Source: Candidatus Merdicola sp. (GTDB lineage Bacteria > Bacillota > Clostridia > TANB77 > CAG-508). Taken from it: DNA of 51,158 nucleotides. Where the stretch lies: positions 1 to 51,158 of the forward strand of contig DBFJJM010000006.1 in the NCBI GenBank assembly GCA_048393175.1. The letters run 5' to 3'. Position numbers and translations under genes: made by a program. A model generated the notes under the pieces. The model was given only the letters and a program-made list of their open reading frames with translations, was not told the DNA's origin and did no database searches. This document shows, piece by piece, positions 29,202 to 39,698 of the stretch; the stretch's first letter is position 1; each line of letters opens with the position of its first letter.

Positions 29202-30584
29202 ATGTTAGATTCAATGGAAAAATTAGTGTCTTTATGTAAAAGTAGAGGATATATTTATCCTGGTTCGGAAATTTATGGGGGGTTAGCTAATACCTGGGAT
29301 TATGGACCTTTGGGTGTAGAACTAAAAAATAATGTAAAAACAGCTTGGAGGAAAAAATTCATTCAAGAAAATAGACACAATGTAGGACTAGATTGTGCTA
29401 TTTTAATGAACCCAGAAACATGGGTGGCTTCTGGACATGTAGGAGGATTTAGTGACCCATTAATTGATTGTAAAGAATGTAAAACAAGACACAGAGCAGA
29501 TAAATTAATAGAAGAGTGGATGCATGAACATCATTGTGATGAAGTGGTAGATGGTTGGCCAGACGAAAGGATGGTTGAGTATATGGAAGAAAATCATATT
29601 GCTTGTCCTACCTGTGGAAAAGAGAATTTTACTTCAATTCGTAAATTTAATCTAATGTTTAAAACGTTTCAAGGAGTAACAGAAGATACCACTTCTCAAA
29701 TCTATTTAAGACCAGAAACTGCACAAGGGATTTTCGTTAATTTTAAAAATGTACTTCGTACCACAAGAAAGAAGTTACCAATGGGAATTGGTCAAATCGG
29801 AAAAGCATTTCGTAATGAAATTACACCAGGAAATTTTACTTTCCGTACACGTGAATTTGAACAAATGGAATTAGAATTCTTTTGTAAGCCAGGAGAAGAT
29901 TTAGAATGGTTTAGCTATTGGAAAGAATGTTGTAAAAATTGGTTACTTTCTTTAGGGATGAAAGAAGAAAATATCCGTTTAAGAGACCATAGTAAAGAAG
30001 AATTAGTATTTTATAGTAAAGCAACGACAGATATTGAATTTGCTTTTCCTTTTGGTTGGGGAGAACTTTGGGGCATTGCAGATAGAACCGATTATGATTT
30101 AAAACGTCATATGGAACACTCAAAACAAGATTTATCTTATTTAGACCCAGAAACGAATGAAAAATATGTGCCATATTGTATTGAGCCTTCTTTGGGTTGT
30201 GATAGAGTTACTCTTGCTTTTCTTTGCAATAGTTATGAAGAAGAAACAATTGGCGAAGGGGAGACAAGAACCGTTTTACATCTGCACCCTGCTTTAGCAC
30301 CATATAAGATAGCCGTTCTTCCTTTATCTAAAAAATTAGGGGAAAAAGCGTCTATGGTATATGAGTTGCTTTCAAAAGAGTTTATGTGTGATTATGATGA
30401 AACAGGAAGTATTGGAAAAAGATATCGTAGAGAAGATGAAATTGGTACACCATATTGTGTAACGATTGATTTTGACACATTAGAGGATAATACTGTAACT
30501 GTTCGTGACCGTGATACTATGCAGCAAATTCGTATTCATATTAATCAATTAATACAATATTTAGCAGAAAAAGTAATGTTTTAG
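29202..30584 (+). CDS. glyQS: Glycine--tRNA ligase (alpha2 type)
   Basis: [24 protein letters not shown] is present, along with class II motifs. Confidence 0.95.
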   Translation: MLDSMEKLVSLCKSRGYIYPGSEIYGGLANTWDYGPLGVELKNNVKTAWRKKFIQENRHNVGLDCAILMNPETWVASGHVGGFSDPLIDCKECKTRHRADKLIEEWMHEHHCDEVVDGWPDERMVEYMEENHIACPTCGKENFTSIRKFNLMFKTFQGVTEDTTSQIYLRPETAQGIFVNFKNVLRTTRKKLPMGIGQIGKAFRNEITPGNFTFRTREFEQMELEFFCKPGEDLEWFSYWKECCKNWLLSLGMKEENIRLRDHSKEELVFYSKATTDIEFAFPFGWGELWGIADRTDYDLKRHMEHSKQDLSYLDPETNEKYVPYCIEPSLGCDRVTLAFLCNSYEEETIGEGETRTVLHLHPALAPYKIAVLPLSKKLGEKASMVYELLSKEFMCDYDETGSIGKRYRREDEIGTPYCVTIDFDTLEDNTVTVRDRDTMQQIRIHINQLIQYLAEKVMF

Positions 30585-30585
30585 G

Positions 30586-30618
30586 ATAAGGGGTGTTTTT
30601 ACTCCTTATTTCTTTTTT
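30586..30618 (+). terminator. Intrinsic terminator after glyQS
   Basis: ATAAGGGG-loop-CTCCTTAT is followed by TTCTTTTTT. Confidence 0.7.
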
Positions 30619-30635
30619 GGATTAAAAAAGAAGGG

Positions 30636-31175
30636 ATGAAACAAGAAATGGAATATCTAGATTTATATGATAGAAATAAGAAAAAAACAGGAATCAAAAT
30701 AATCAGAAAAAGCAAAATTCCAGAAGGAATGTATCAGTTAGTTGTGGTTATTTTTATCCAAAATCAAAAAGGGGAGTTTTTAATACAAAAAAGGGTCAGG
30801 AGAAAAGATGGAAAATGGGCATCTACAGGAGGAACGGTTATCACAGGAGAAACAAGTAGACAAGCCGTGATAAGAGAAACCAAAGAAGAATTAGGAATCG
30901 ATATTACAAAAGAGCCTTTTGTGCTATATCAAGAACTTCGTGATGAAGATACGTATATTGATTTATATTATCTTCAAAAAGAAATAATAGTAGAAAATTT
31001 AATATTGCAAAAAGAAGAGGTAGAACGAGTAAAATGGATGAGTACAGAACAAATAGACAAAATAATACAAAATAAAACATTTTCAAAAAGACATGCTTTC
31101 TTTTTGAAAGAATGCTATACTTTTTTACAACAGAAGAAGAAATACAATAATTTGGCTAATATAAAAATCATGTAA
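30636..31175 (+). CDS. NUDIX hydrolase
   Basis: It has the Nudix box GGTVITGETSRQAVIRETKEELGI. Confidence 0.85.
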   Translation: MKQEMEYLDLYDRNKKKTGIKIIRKSKIPEGMYQLVVVIFIQNQKGEFLIQKRVRRKDGKWASTGGTVITGETSRQAVIRETKEELGIDITKEPFVLYQELRDEDTYIDLYYLQKEIIVENLILQKEEVERVKWMSTEQIDKIIQNKTFSKRHAFFLKECYTFLQQKKKYNNLANIKIM

Positions 31176-31261
31176 ATTGTATTTACATATTTTGCATGAT
31201 TGCGATATAATGTGGTCATACTATAAAGAAAGAAAAAAACAAAAGATAGGAGAGAAAAAAC

Positions 31262-33892
31262 ATGGAGAAAAAATATGTTTATCTTTTTGAAGAAGGAAAT
31301 GCAAACATGAGAGAGCTACTAGGAGGAAAAGGTGCGAATCTGGCAGAAATGACCAATCTTGGTTTGCCGATACCACAAGGGTTTACGATTACAACAGAGG
31401 CATGCAATCAATATTATGAAGATAAAGAAACTATTTCAGAAGAAATGAAGCAAGAGATTTTTCGAAATTTAGAAAAATTAGAAGAAATTACAGGTAAGAA
31501 ATTAGGAGAAAAAGAAAATCCTCTATTAGTCTCTGTTCGTTCTGGAGCAAGAGCTTCTATGCCAGGAATGATGGATACAGTTCTAAATTTAGGAATGAAT
31601 GATGAAGTAGCAGAAAGTATGGCACAAACTAATGAGCGTTTTGCATTTGATAGTTATCGTAGATTTATTCAAATGTATTCAAATGTGGTAATGGAACTTT
31701 CCGGTTCTCTTTTTGAAGAAGCAATTGATACAAAAAAACAACAAAGAGGGATTACCTTAGATACCCAAATGGATGCGAATGATTTAAGAGATTTAGTAAG
31801 AGTTTTCAAACAAATTTATCGAGAAAAATTAGGAAAAGATTTTCCACAAGATGCAAAAACACAATTGATGGAAGCGATTCAAGCGGTGTTTCGTTCTTGG
31901 AATAATCCAAGAGCAAATACGTATCGAAGATTAAACGATATTCCAAGTGATTGGGGAACAGCTGTTAATGTACAACAAATGGTATTTGGTAATATGGGAG
32001 AAGATTGTGGAACTGGTGTTGCTTTTTCTCGTAATCCAGCAACAGGAGAAAATATGCTTTATGGAGAGTTTTTAATGAATGCACAGGGAGAAGATGTAGT
32101 AGCAGGAATTCGAACACCAGAGCATATTGATAAATTAAAAGAAATTAACGAGCGTTGTTATCAGGATTTTCTAATGTATGCGAAGAAGTTAGAAAACCAC
32201 TATAAAGATATGCAAGATTTAGAGTTTACCATTGAACATGGAAAACTATATATCCTGCAAACTAGAAATGGAAAAAGAACGGCAAATGCTGCCCTAAAAA
32301 TTGCAGTAGATTTAGTAGAAGAAGGAATGATAGAGGAAAAAGAAGCTGTGTTAAGAGTAGACCCAAAACAATTAGACCAATTGTTACACCCTATTTTTAA
32401 TGAAGAAAAATTAAAACAAGCAAAAGTCATTGCAAAAGGTTTAGCAGCCTCTCCAGGTGCCGCAACAGGAAAGGTGGTTTTTACAGCACAAAGAGCGGTG
32501 GAACTTTCTAATCAAGGAGAAAAAGAGCTTATTTTAGTTCGTTTAGAGACTTCTCCAGAAGATATTGACGGAATGAATGTAGCAAGAGGAGTTCTTACTG
32601 TAAGAGGAGGAATGACTTCTCATGCAGCCGTAGTTGCTCGTGGTATGGGAACTTGTTGCGTGGCAGGATGTTCTGATATTGTAGTAAATGAAGTGGAAAA
32701 ATATTTTACCACCCCAGATGGAACAAACTACCAAGAAGGAGACTATATTTCTTTAGATGGTAGTACAGGAAATGTATATGGAGAAAAAGTAGATACGGTT
32801 GCTGCTAGCATTTCAGGAAATTTCGCTACGTTAATGGGATGGGCAGATAAATATCGAAAATTAAAAGTAAGAACCAATGCAGATACTCCAAAAGATGCCA
32901 ATCAAGCTTATGAATTCGGAGCAGAAGGAATTGGACTTTGCAGAACAGAGCATATGTTCTTTAAAGCAGACCGTATTGCTGCTATGAGGGAAATGATTGT
33001 AGCAAGAACAGTAGAACAACGTAAAAAAGCATTAGATAAATTATTGCCAATGCAAAGAGGAGATTTTGAAGAATTATATAAAGCAATGAAAGGTTATCCT
33101 GTTACCATTAGATTATTAGACCCACCACTTCACGAATTTCTCCCACATGATGAGGATGAAATTAGGCAACTCGCACAAGATATGGGACTTCATTTTGAGG
33201 AATTACGAGATATAGTAATAGGATTACATGAATTTAATCCTATGATGGGACATCGTGGTTGTAGATTAGATGTAACTTATCCAGAAATTGGAGAAATGCA
33301 AACAAGAGCCATTATAGAAGCGGCAATCCATGTGAATGAAACAGAAGGTATGAATGTGGTTCCAGAAATTATGATACCACTTGTAGGAGAACTAAAAGAA
33401 TTACAATATGTAAAAGAAGTCATTACCAACACTGCAAAACAGGTAATTGAAGAAAAAAAAGTAGAGTTGAATTATCATGTAGGAACGATGATTGAAATTC
33501 CAAGAGCTGCTATTACAGCAGATGAAATTGCCAAAGAAGCAGAGTTTTTCTCTTTTGGTACAAATGACTTAACTCAAATGACATTTGGTTTTAGTCGTGA
33601 TGATGCTAGTAAATTTTTAGGTGACTATTATGCTAAAAAGATTTATGAATTTGACCCATTTGCCAGAATTGACCAAAAAGGTGTTGGAAGATTAGTAGAA
33701 ACGGCAGTAAAATTAGGAAGAGAAACCAGACCAGATATTAAATTAGGAATTTGCGGAGAACATGGAGGAGACCCATCTTCTATTGAATTTTGCCACAACA
33801 TAGGTTTGACCTATGTTTCTTGTTCCCCTTATCGTGTTCCCATTGCCCGCTTAGCTGCAGCACAGTCTGCTATTCGAAATCCAGAAAAATAA
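31262..33892 (+). CDS. ppdK: Pyruvate, phosphate dikinase
   Basis: It is 876 aa with GGKGANLAEM, the phospho-His region GGMTSHAAVVARG and a PEP-utilizing C-terminal TIM domain. Confidence 0.95.
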   Translation: MEKKYVYLFEEGNANMRELLGGKGANLAEMTNLGLPIPQGFTITTEACNQYYEDKETISEEMKQEIFRNLEKLEEITGKKLGEKENPLLVSVRSGARASMPGMMDTVLNLGMNDEVAESMAQTNERFAFDSYRRFIQMYSNVVMELSGSLFEEAIDTKKQQRGITLDTQMDANDLRDLVRVFKQIYREKLGKDFPQDAKTQLMEAIQAVFRSWNNPRANTYRRLNDIPSDWGTAVNVQQMVFGNMGEDCGTGVAFSRNPATGENMLYGEFLMNAQGEDVVAGIRTPEHIDKLKEINERCYQDFLMYAKKLENHYKDMQDLEFTIEHGKLYILQTRNGKRTANAALKIAVDLVEEGMIEEKEAVLRVDPKQLDQLLHPIFNEEKLKQAKVIAKGLAASPGAATGKVVFTAQRAVELSNQGEKELILVRLETSPEDIDGMNVARGVLTVRGGMTSHAAVVARGMGTCCVAGCSDIVVNEVEKYFTTPDGTNYQEGDYISLDGSTGNVYGEKVDTVAASISGNFATLMGWADKYRKLKVRTNADTPKDANQAYEFGAEGIGLCRTEHMFFKADRIAAMREMIVARTVEQRKKALDKLLPMQRGDFEELYKAMKGYPVTIRLLDPPLHEFLPHDEDEIRQLAQDMGLHFEELRDIVIGLHEFNPMMGHRGCRLDVTYPEIGEMQTRAIIEAAIHVNETEGMNVVPEIMIPLVGELKELQYVKEVITNTAKQVIEEKKVELNYHVGTMIEIPRAAITADEIAKEAEFFSFGTNDLTQMTFGFSRDDASKFLGDYYAKKIYEFDPFARIDQKGVGRLVETAVKLGRETRPDIKLGICGEHGGDPSSIEFCHNIGLTYVSCSPYRVPIARLAAAQSAIRNPEK

Positions 33893-33907
33893 AAAAGATT
33901 TTTTTTC

Positions 33908-33934
33908 AAAGGCCTTCTTAAGAAGGTCTTTTTC
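33908..33934 (+). terminator. Intrinsic terminator after ppdK
   Basis: AAAGGCCTTC-ttaa-GAAGGTCTTT plus a T-run. Confidence 0.75.
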
Positions 33935-34006
33935 CTTGAAATACAGGAAATAATGTGATATAACATAAAAATAAAATAGTGTAAAACAAAAAAAGAGGGA
34001 ATTTTT

Positions 34007-34678
34007 ATGGAACAAGAAGAACTTATATTAAAAGATGAAAGTAGTGGAAACTATATTAAAGATACGAATCCTTATCAAAAGTATGAAGATAAAACCATTC
34101 AAAACGATGTGATTCGCTTTTATTTACAATATACCCATCTGAAAAATTTATATAGGCAGGGCTGGCTTAAAAATTTAATTGGAATGGAGCATAAAGAAAA
34201 ATGTGAATCAGTTGCAGACCACTCTTGGTCTTTAGCTTTACTAGCTATTAGCATAATAGAAAAATATGAATTAGATTATGATATCAGTAAATGTATGAAA
34301 CTTGCTATTGTACATGAATTAGGAGAAATCTATGCAGGGGACTATACACCAAATGAACAGATTACTTCAGAGCAAAAACACCAATTAGAAAAAAAGGCAA
34401 TCCAAAGAATGTTAGGACAAATTGATTTTAAAAATGACTTTTTACAGCTATGGGAAGAGTTTGAACAAAAAGAGACAAAAGAGGCAATTTTCATGAAAGA
34501 ATTAGACCAATTGGAGTTTTTAATGCAATCTACTGTGCATGAATTAGACGTATCTTATCTAAAAACAAGTAGAAAAAAAGTGACATTACCTGTATTACAA
34601 GAGATAGTAGATGAATTAATTAAGATAACAGAAGGCAAACAAATTCCAAAAGATGAAGTGAAAAGTGAAAACATATAG
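34007..34678 (+). CDS. HD-domain phosphohydrolase (YfbR-like 5'-nucleotidase family)
   Basis: It has SVADHSWSLALLA and the VHELGEIYAGDYTP HD motifs. Confidence 0.75.
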   Translation: MEQEELILKDESSGNYIKDTNPYQKYEDKTIQNDVIRFYLQYTHLKNLYRQGWLKNLIGMEHKEKCESVADHSWSLALLAISIIEKYELDYDISKCMKLAIVHELGEIYAGDYTPNEQITSEQKHQLEKKAIQRMLGQIDFKNDFLQLWEEFEQKETKEAIFMKELDQLEFLMQSTVHELDVSYLKTSRKKVTLPVLQEIVDELIKITEGKQIPKDEVKSENI

Positions 34679-34690
34679 GGGGAAAAAGCA

Positions 34691-35818
34691 ATGAAAGATA
34701 CTCGAATGGTAACATTAGCGAATCGTCTTTTAGATTATTCGGTTCATTTACAAAAAGAAGAAAAAATTTTAATTGAAGTAATGGGACAAGAAGGAATTCC
34801 TCTTGCGATTGAATTAATGAAAAAAGCAAATACAATTGGTGCTTATCCTTTTTTTAATATGATTGATTATGATTTATTAAAAGTAATGTTACAAGAGGCA
34901 AAAGAAGAGCAAATTAAGCTATATGGACAGCAGGACTTAAAACGTATGGAGCAAATGGATGCGTATATTGGTATTTCAGCAAATCCAAATCGATTTGAAT
35001 TAGGAAATATACCAGCTGAAAAAATGAAATGGTACCAAGAATATTATTTAAAACCAGTCTATTTTGAAGAAAGAACAAGACATACGAAATGGTGTATTCT
35101 ACGCTACCCTAATCGTGCTATGGCACAAAGTGCTAAAATGAATACAGAGCAAATGGAAGATTTCTATTTTCAGGCTTGTAATTTAGATTATGCTAACATG
35201 GCAAACAAGATGGAGCCATTAGTAGAAAGAATGAATCGAACAGATAAAGTGCATATTATAGGCAATGGAACAGACCTTACATTTTCAATTAAAGGAATAG
35301 GGGCGGAAAAATACGTTGGTAATTTTAACTTGCCGGATGGAGAAGTAGCAACTGCTCCTGTCCGTGATAGTGTAAATGGTGTCATTTCCTATAATACTTC
35401 TTCTACCTATAATGGTTATTCTTTTGACTCGATTCGATTAGAATTCAAAAAAGGCAAAATTATAAAAGCAACAGCAAATGATACAGAAAAATTAAACGAA
35501 ATTTTAAATCTAGATGAAGGAGCAAGGTATATAGGAGAATTTGCTTTAGGAATAAATCCATGTATTAATGCTCCTATTGGGGATACCTTATTTGATGAAA
35601 AAATAAAAGGTAGTTTTCATTTTACACCAGGTGATAGTTTAGAACAAAGTGATAATGGTAATCGTTCTTCTCTTCATTGGGATTTAATTTGTATCCAAAC
35701 ACCAGAATACGGTGGAGGAGAGATTTGGTTTGATGACGAACTTATTCGAAAAGATGGAAGGTTTATTCCAAATGACTTACAAGGCTTAAATCCAGAAAAT
35801 TTAATAAAAGAGGATTAA
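34691..35818 (+). CDS. M29-family aminopeptidase (AmpS/PepS-like)
   Basis: It matches in length and motifs (NLPDGEVATAP, GEFALGIN, HWDL). Confidence 0.8.
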   Translation: MKDTRMVTLANRLLDYSVHLQKEEKILIEVMGQEGIPLAIELMKKANTIGAYPFFNMIDYDLLKVMLQEAKEEQIKLYGQQDLKRMEQMDAYIGISANPNRFELGNIPAEKMKWYQEYYLKPVYFEERTRHTKWCILRYPNRAMAQSAKMNTEQMEDFYFQACNLDYANMANKMEPLVERMNRTDKVHIIGNGTDLTFSIKGIGAEKYVGNFNLPDGEVATAPVRDSVNGVISYNTSSTYNGYSFDSIRLEFKKGKIIKATANDTEKLNEILNLDEGARYIGEFALGINPCINAPIGDTLFDEKIKGSFHFTPGDSLEQSDNGNRSSLHWDLICIQTPEYGGGEIWFDDELIRKDGRFIPNDLQGLNPENLIKED

Positions 35819-35899
35819 GGCGTTCTTCTATTTTTACAAAAATAATGGAGTTTTTTACGTTAGAAATTATGAAGAAAAACTACATTACAAGGAGGAAAA

Positions 35900-37076
35900 A
35901 TGAAAAAAGAAAGAGGAATTACATTAATTGCACTAGTAGTAACAATAATTGTGTTACTTATTCTGGCAGGTATAACGATAGCTATGGTAGTTGGGCAAAA
36001 TGGGATTTTCAAGAAAGCAGAAACAGCACAAAAAAAGACAACAGAATCACAAGAAATAGAGATAATAAAGTTATCTATGAATACCATTAGAACAAATGAT
36101 TGGGAGAATAAAGTAGTCAAAAAGCAATTCGTAACAGCAGGCGAATTAAAAACCGAAATAGAAAATAAAGGATATACAGTAGAGGTAAACGGAGGAAGTA
36201 ATTTGACTGTGAAATTTACCAATACAGGAAGTAGTGGGAACACCTATTTAGTTACCCAAGAGGGAAAAGTAAACAAGGAACAAACAGATACAAAATATGA
36301 AATTACAGAAGGAAGCAAAGAAGCTTCCTATTGGTATACAGATGGAAGCGGAACAATTATATGGTATGATACTGGGTCAGACCCTGTTCCAGATACTTTA
36401 GTAGTACCAAATAAAATTGGAAGTGAAGTAATAAAAAAAATTGGTGATTATGCTTTATGTGGGGGAAGACTAGAAAGAAACGAACAAGGAGTTATACAAG
36501 GAGGATTAGTAGAAGGAGAAGGAGAATTAGAAAAAGGCTGGTTAAATGGAATTTTTAGTGGTGCTACTTCTAAAGTAAAAAAAATAGTAGTATCCAGTGG
36601 GATAGAAGAAATAGGAAATTATGCTTTTTTTCGGGTGTGTTGAAACAATAAATATCTATCTTCCAGATACTATAAACAACATTGGAGAAGCGGCTTTTTA
36701 TGGTTGTTTGAAATTAAATGATTTACCGAATAATATTTCTAATTTTAGTAATGCTATATTTTCTAGTTGTAGTGCATTAACTGATGTAGTAGTACCAAGT
36801 AATATAGGAACAATAAATTCCTCTTCTTTCGATTGGTGTAGACAACTTAAAACAGTGACAATATCAGAGGGAACAACTGTTATTGAAGGAGAGGGTTTCA
36901 ATTGTTGCAGAGAATTAACTAATGTAATTATACCAAATAGTATGGTAAAAATAGAAAATACTGCATTTTCAAATTGTGATATATTAACAAAAATCTATTT
37001 TAAGAAAGGTATTAATAGTATACCAGTAGGACAACCATGGGGAGCAATTAATGCAACGGTAATAGAAATAGAGTAA
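35900..37076 (+). CDS. Pilin-like N-terminus + BspA-type leucine-rich-repeat surface protein, interrupted by a +1 frame change at in-frame CGG 36632-36634
   Basis: The N-terminus KKERGITLIALVVTIIVLLILAGI is prepilin-like, with Ala at the usual Glu+5 position. LRR_5-type repeats (IGxxAFxxC) run across both ORFs. Skipping C36632 gives IGNYAFF-GC-VETINIYLPDTINNIGEAAFYGC. Confidence 0.8.
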
Positions 37077-37081
37077 AAAGA

Positions 37082-37118
37082 AAGATACTAGTTTACTTAT
37101 ATAAATTAGTATCTTTTC
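37082..37118 (+). terminator. Stem-loop after the LRR gene
   Basis: AAGATACTA ... TAGTATCTT followed by TTC. Confidence 0.55.
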
Positions 37119-37134
37119 TATTTGGTCATAAATC

Positions 37135-37181
37135 TTGACAAAATGCATATAATATATTAATATATGAGCATATAATCATAT
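37135..37181 (+). promoter_or_regulatory. Promoter and candidate ArsR/CadC operator
   Basis: TTGACA (37135-40), a 17-nt spacer, then TAATAT. The inverted repeat ATATGA-8 nt-TCATAT (37162-81) overlaps the start region. Confidence 0.5.
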
Positions 37182-37201
37182 ATTAATAAAAGGAGGAACA
37201 T

Positions 37202-37561
37202 ATGAAAGAAAAAGAATGGATTTGTGGAGAGAATTGTCCACACGATATAAAAATTAATCAAGTGAAATTAAATGAAGTGACAAGAGAGGAATTATTTAAA
37301 ATAACAAATATTTTTAAACTTTTTTCGGATGAAACAAGACTTCGAATGATATGTTCTTTATTAAAAGAAGAATTATGTGTTTGTGATTTATGTGAATTAT
37401 TAAAGCTGAATCAATCTACTGTTTCACATCAATTACAATTGCTACGAACCAATCATTTAGTAAAATATAGAAGAGAAGGAAAGCAAATTTTTTATAGTTT
37501 GCAAGATGAACATGTAGAAAAGATGATACAAATAGCATTAGCTCATAGTAAGGAGGAGTAG
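37202..37561 (+). CDS. ArsR/SmtB-family metalloregulator (CadC-like)
   Basis: It has the wHTH segment LFSDETRLRMICSLLKEELCVCDLCELL with a CVC metal site. Confidence 0.85.
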   Translation: MKEKEWICGENCPHDIKINQVKLNEVTREELFKITNIFKLFSDETRLRMICSLLKEELCVCDLCELLKLNQSTVSHQLQLLRTNHLVKYRREGKQIFYSLQDEHVEKMIQIALAHSKEE

Positions 37562-37564
37562 TAA

Positions 37565-39433
37565 ATGAGTTGTGATTGTTGTGGAGAAAATACAAGCTGT
37601 CAGAAAAAAATAGATAAGAAACAAGAGAAAAAAGAAAAAAGAAATCTTTTGTTATACCTTCTTTCTATTGGTATCTTTATTCTTACTTTTGTACCAATAT
37701 TAGAGACGTTTCGTATTATACTCTATTTACTGGTGGTTCTAATAGCAGGATATGATTTATTATATAGTGGAGTGAAAAACTTATTCCATTTTCAATTTAA
37801 AGAAGATACGTTAATGACGATTGCCGTGATTGCTGCTTTTATCTTAGGAGAATTTCCAGAAAGTTGTATGGTAGTGTTATTATTCAAACTAGGAGAGTTT
37901 TTAGAGGATAGAGCAGTACAAAGGTCCCAGAAAAACATTGAAGACATTGTAGAAATAAAGGCAAACGAAGCAAATTTAATACAAGAGGATAGTATCAAAA
38001 TAGTAAAAGTAGAAGAGTTAAGACCAGGTGATACAATTTTAATTAAACCAGGAGAAAAAGTGCCAGTAGATTGTAATGTAATAAAAGGAGAATCTAATAT
38101 AGATACTTCTGCGGTTACAGGAGAAAGCAAACTATTAGAAGTAAAAGAAGGGCAAGATATGTTGTCAGGAAGTGTCAATATGACGAGTGCAATTACTTGT
38201 GAGGTGATTCGTGATTTTGCTCATTCTACTGCTTCTCAAATTATAGATTTGGTATATGAAGCAACCAATAATAAAGGAAAAACAGAAACTTTGATTACAC
38301 GTTTTTCTAAAATCTATACTCCTACTGTTATTATGATTGCTCTACTGATTGCAATTATTCCTCTTTTTATGGGATTCGATAGTAAAGTATGGATAATGAG
38401 AGCGTTATTCTTTTTAGTGGCATCTTGCCCTTGTAGCTTAGTCATTTCCATTCCCCTTTCTTTCTTTTCTTGTGTGGGTGCTATTTCGAAAAAGGGGTTG
38501 ATTATAAAAGGAACAAAACATGTAGAAGAATTAGCAAAAGTAGATACTATTTGTTTAGATAAAACAGGGACGATTACCACAGGAAAAATGACAATTGATA
38601 AATTTGAAATAATAGGTGATATAGAAAAAGAAAAAGCACTATCTTATTTATCTAGCTTAGAAGCATTATCTAACCATCCAATTGCTTCTGCAATTGAAAA
38701 GATAGCTCCTAATATACAAACGTATGAAGTAATCAATCAAAAGGAGATACCAGGACATGGACTTTATGGAGAAATAGAAGAAAAGAAAGTAATGGTGGGA
38801 AATCAAAAACTAATGAAAAAGTATGGAGTAACAGAAGAGTTAGAAAAAGAAGGGGCTATTTATTTAGCAGTAGAAGGAAAAATAGTGGCCTATTGTACCT
38901 TAAAAGAAGAAATACGTAAAGATAGTAAACAGATGGTAGAAGAATTAAAAAAGATGCAAGTTAGCAATCTTTTGATGTTAACTGGTGACCATAAAGTACA
39001 AGCAGAAAAAGTAGCAAAGGAAGTAGGAATCAAATCTATTTATTCAGGGCTTCTTCCACAAGAAAAGATGAAAGTGGTACAGCAACAAAAACAAAAACAT
39101 CATGTTATTTTTATAGGAGATGGAATTAACGATAGTCCTGTTTTAGCAACATCTCATTTTGGTATTTCAATGGGAGAAGGAACCCAAATAGCAAACAATA
39201 CAGCAGATGCAATTTTACTTTCCAACAGACTAGGTATTCTTCCTAAGTGCATTCAAATTGCTCGAAAGAGTATGAATATTATTCGTTTTAATATTAGCGT
39301 TTCACTTTTTATAAAGTTTGTTGTACTGTTTTTGGGATTTATTGGATTTGCTCCAATATGGGCAGCTATTTTAGCGGATACAGGAGTAACACTACTTACT
39401 GTACTTAATTCACTTCGTATCTTTCAAGAATAG
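37565..39433 (+). CDS. Heavy-metal (Cd/Zn-type) P1B ATPase
   Basis: It has a CPC transmembrane motif, DKTGT, TGDH and GDGINDSP. A short Cys-rich N-terminus (MSCDCCGENTSC) replaces a full HMA domain. Confidence 0.9.
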   Translation: MSCDCCGENTSCQKKIDKKQEKKEKRNLLLYLLSIGIFILTFVPILETFRIILYLLVVLIAGYDLLYSGVKNLFHFQFKEDTLMTIAVIAAFILGEFPESCMVVLLFKLGEFLEDRAVQRSQKNIEDIVEIKANEANLIQEDSIKIVKVEELRPGDTILIKPGEKVPVDCNVIKGESNIDTSAVTGESKLLEVKEGQDMLSGSVNMTSAITCEVIRDFAHSTASQIIDLVYEATNNKGKTETLITRFSKIYTPTVIMIALLIAIIPLFMGFDSKVWIMRALFFLVASCPCSLVISIPLSFFSCVGAISKKGLIIKGTKHVEELAKVDTICLDKTGTITTGKMTIDKFEIIGDIEKEKALSYLSSLEALSNHPIASAIEKIAPNIQTYEVINQKEIPGHGLYGEIEEKKVMVGNQKLMKKYGVTEELEKEGAIYLAVEGKIVAYCTLKEEIRKDSKQMVEELKKMQVSNLLMLTGDHKVQAEKVAKEVGIKSIYSGLLPQEKMKVVQQQKQKHHVIFIGDGINDSPVLATSHFGISMGEGTQIANNTADAILLSNRLGILPKCIQIARKSMNIIRFNISVSLFIKFVVLFLGFIGFAPIWAAILADTGVTLLTVLNSLRIFQE

Positions 39434-39483
39434 AAATTAAAATAACTAAAATTAGCTAATTTAAGAGAAGAAAGAAAAAGAAG

Positions 39484-39539
39484 ATAAGAGAAAATTCGGT
39501 TTAAATTTAGAAATAAGTTTAAACCGAATTTTCTCTTAT
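39484..39539. terminator. Very strong bidirectional hairpin
   Basis: AAGAGAAAATTCGGTTTAAA-12 nt-TTTAAACCGAATTTTCTCTT forms a perfect stem of at least 20 bp. Confidence 0.8.
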
Positions 39540-39698
39540 GAATTCTATTATTGTAAAAAATAGGTTTTTTTGATATAATACAAAAATGGACAAAAAGTTG
39601 CTTTTTATACCTTACAGGTAGCAAATAGTATAAGTAAGTATAAAAAATAGGCTTTAGAAAAATAGGACAAACAAAAATTGTTGAGAGGTAGTTGTAAG

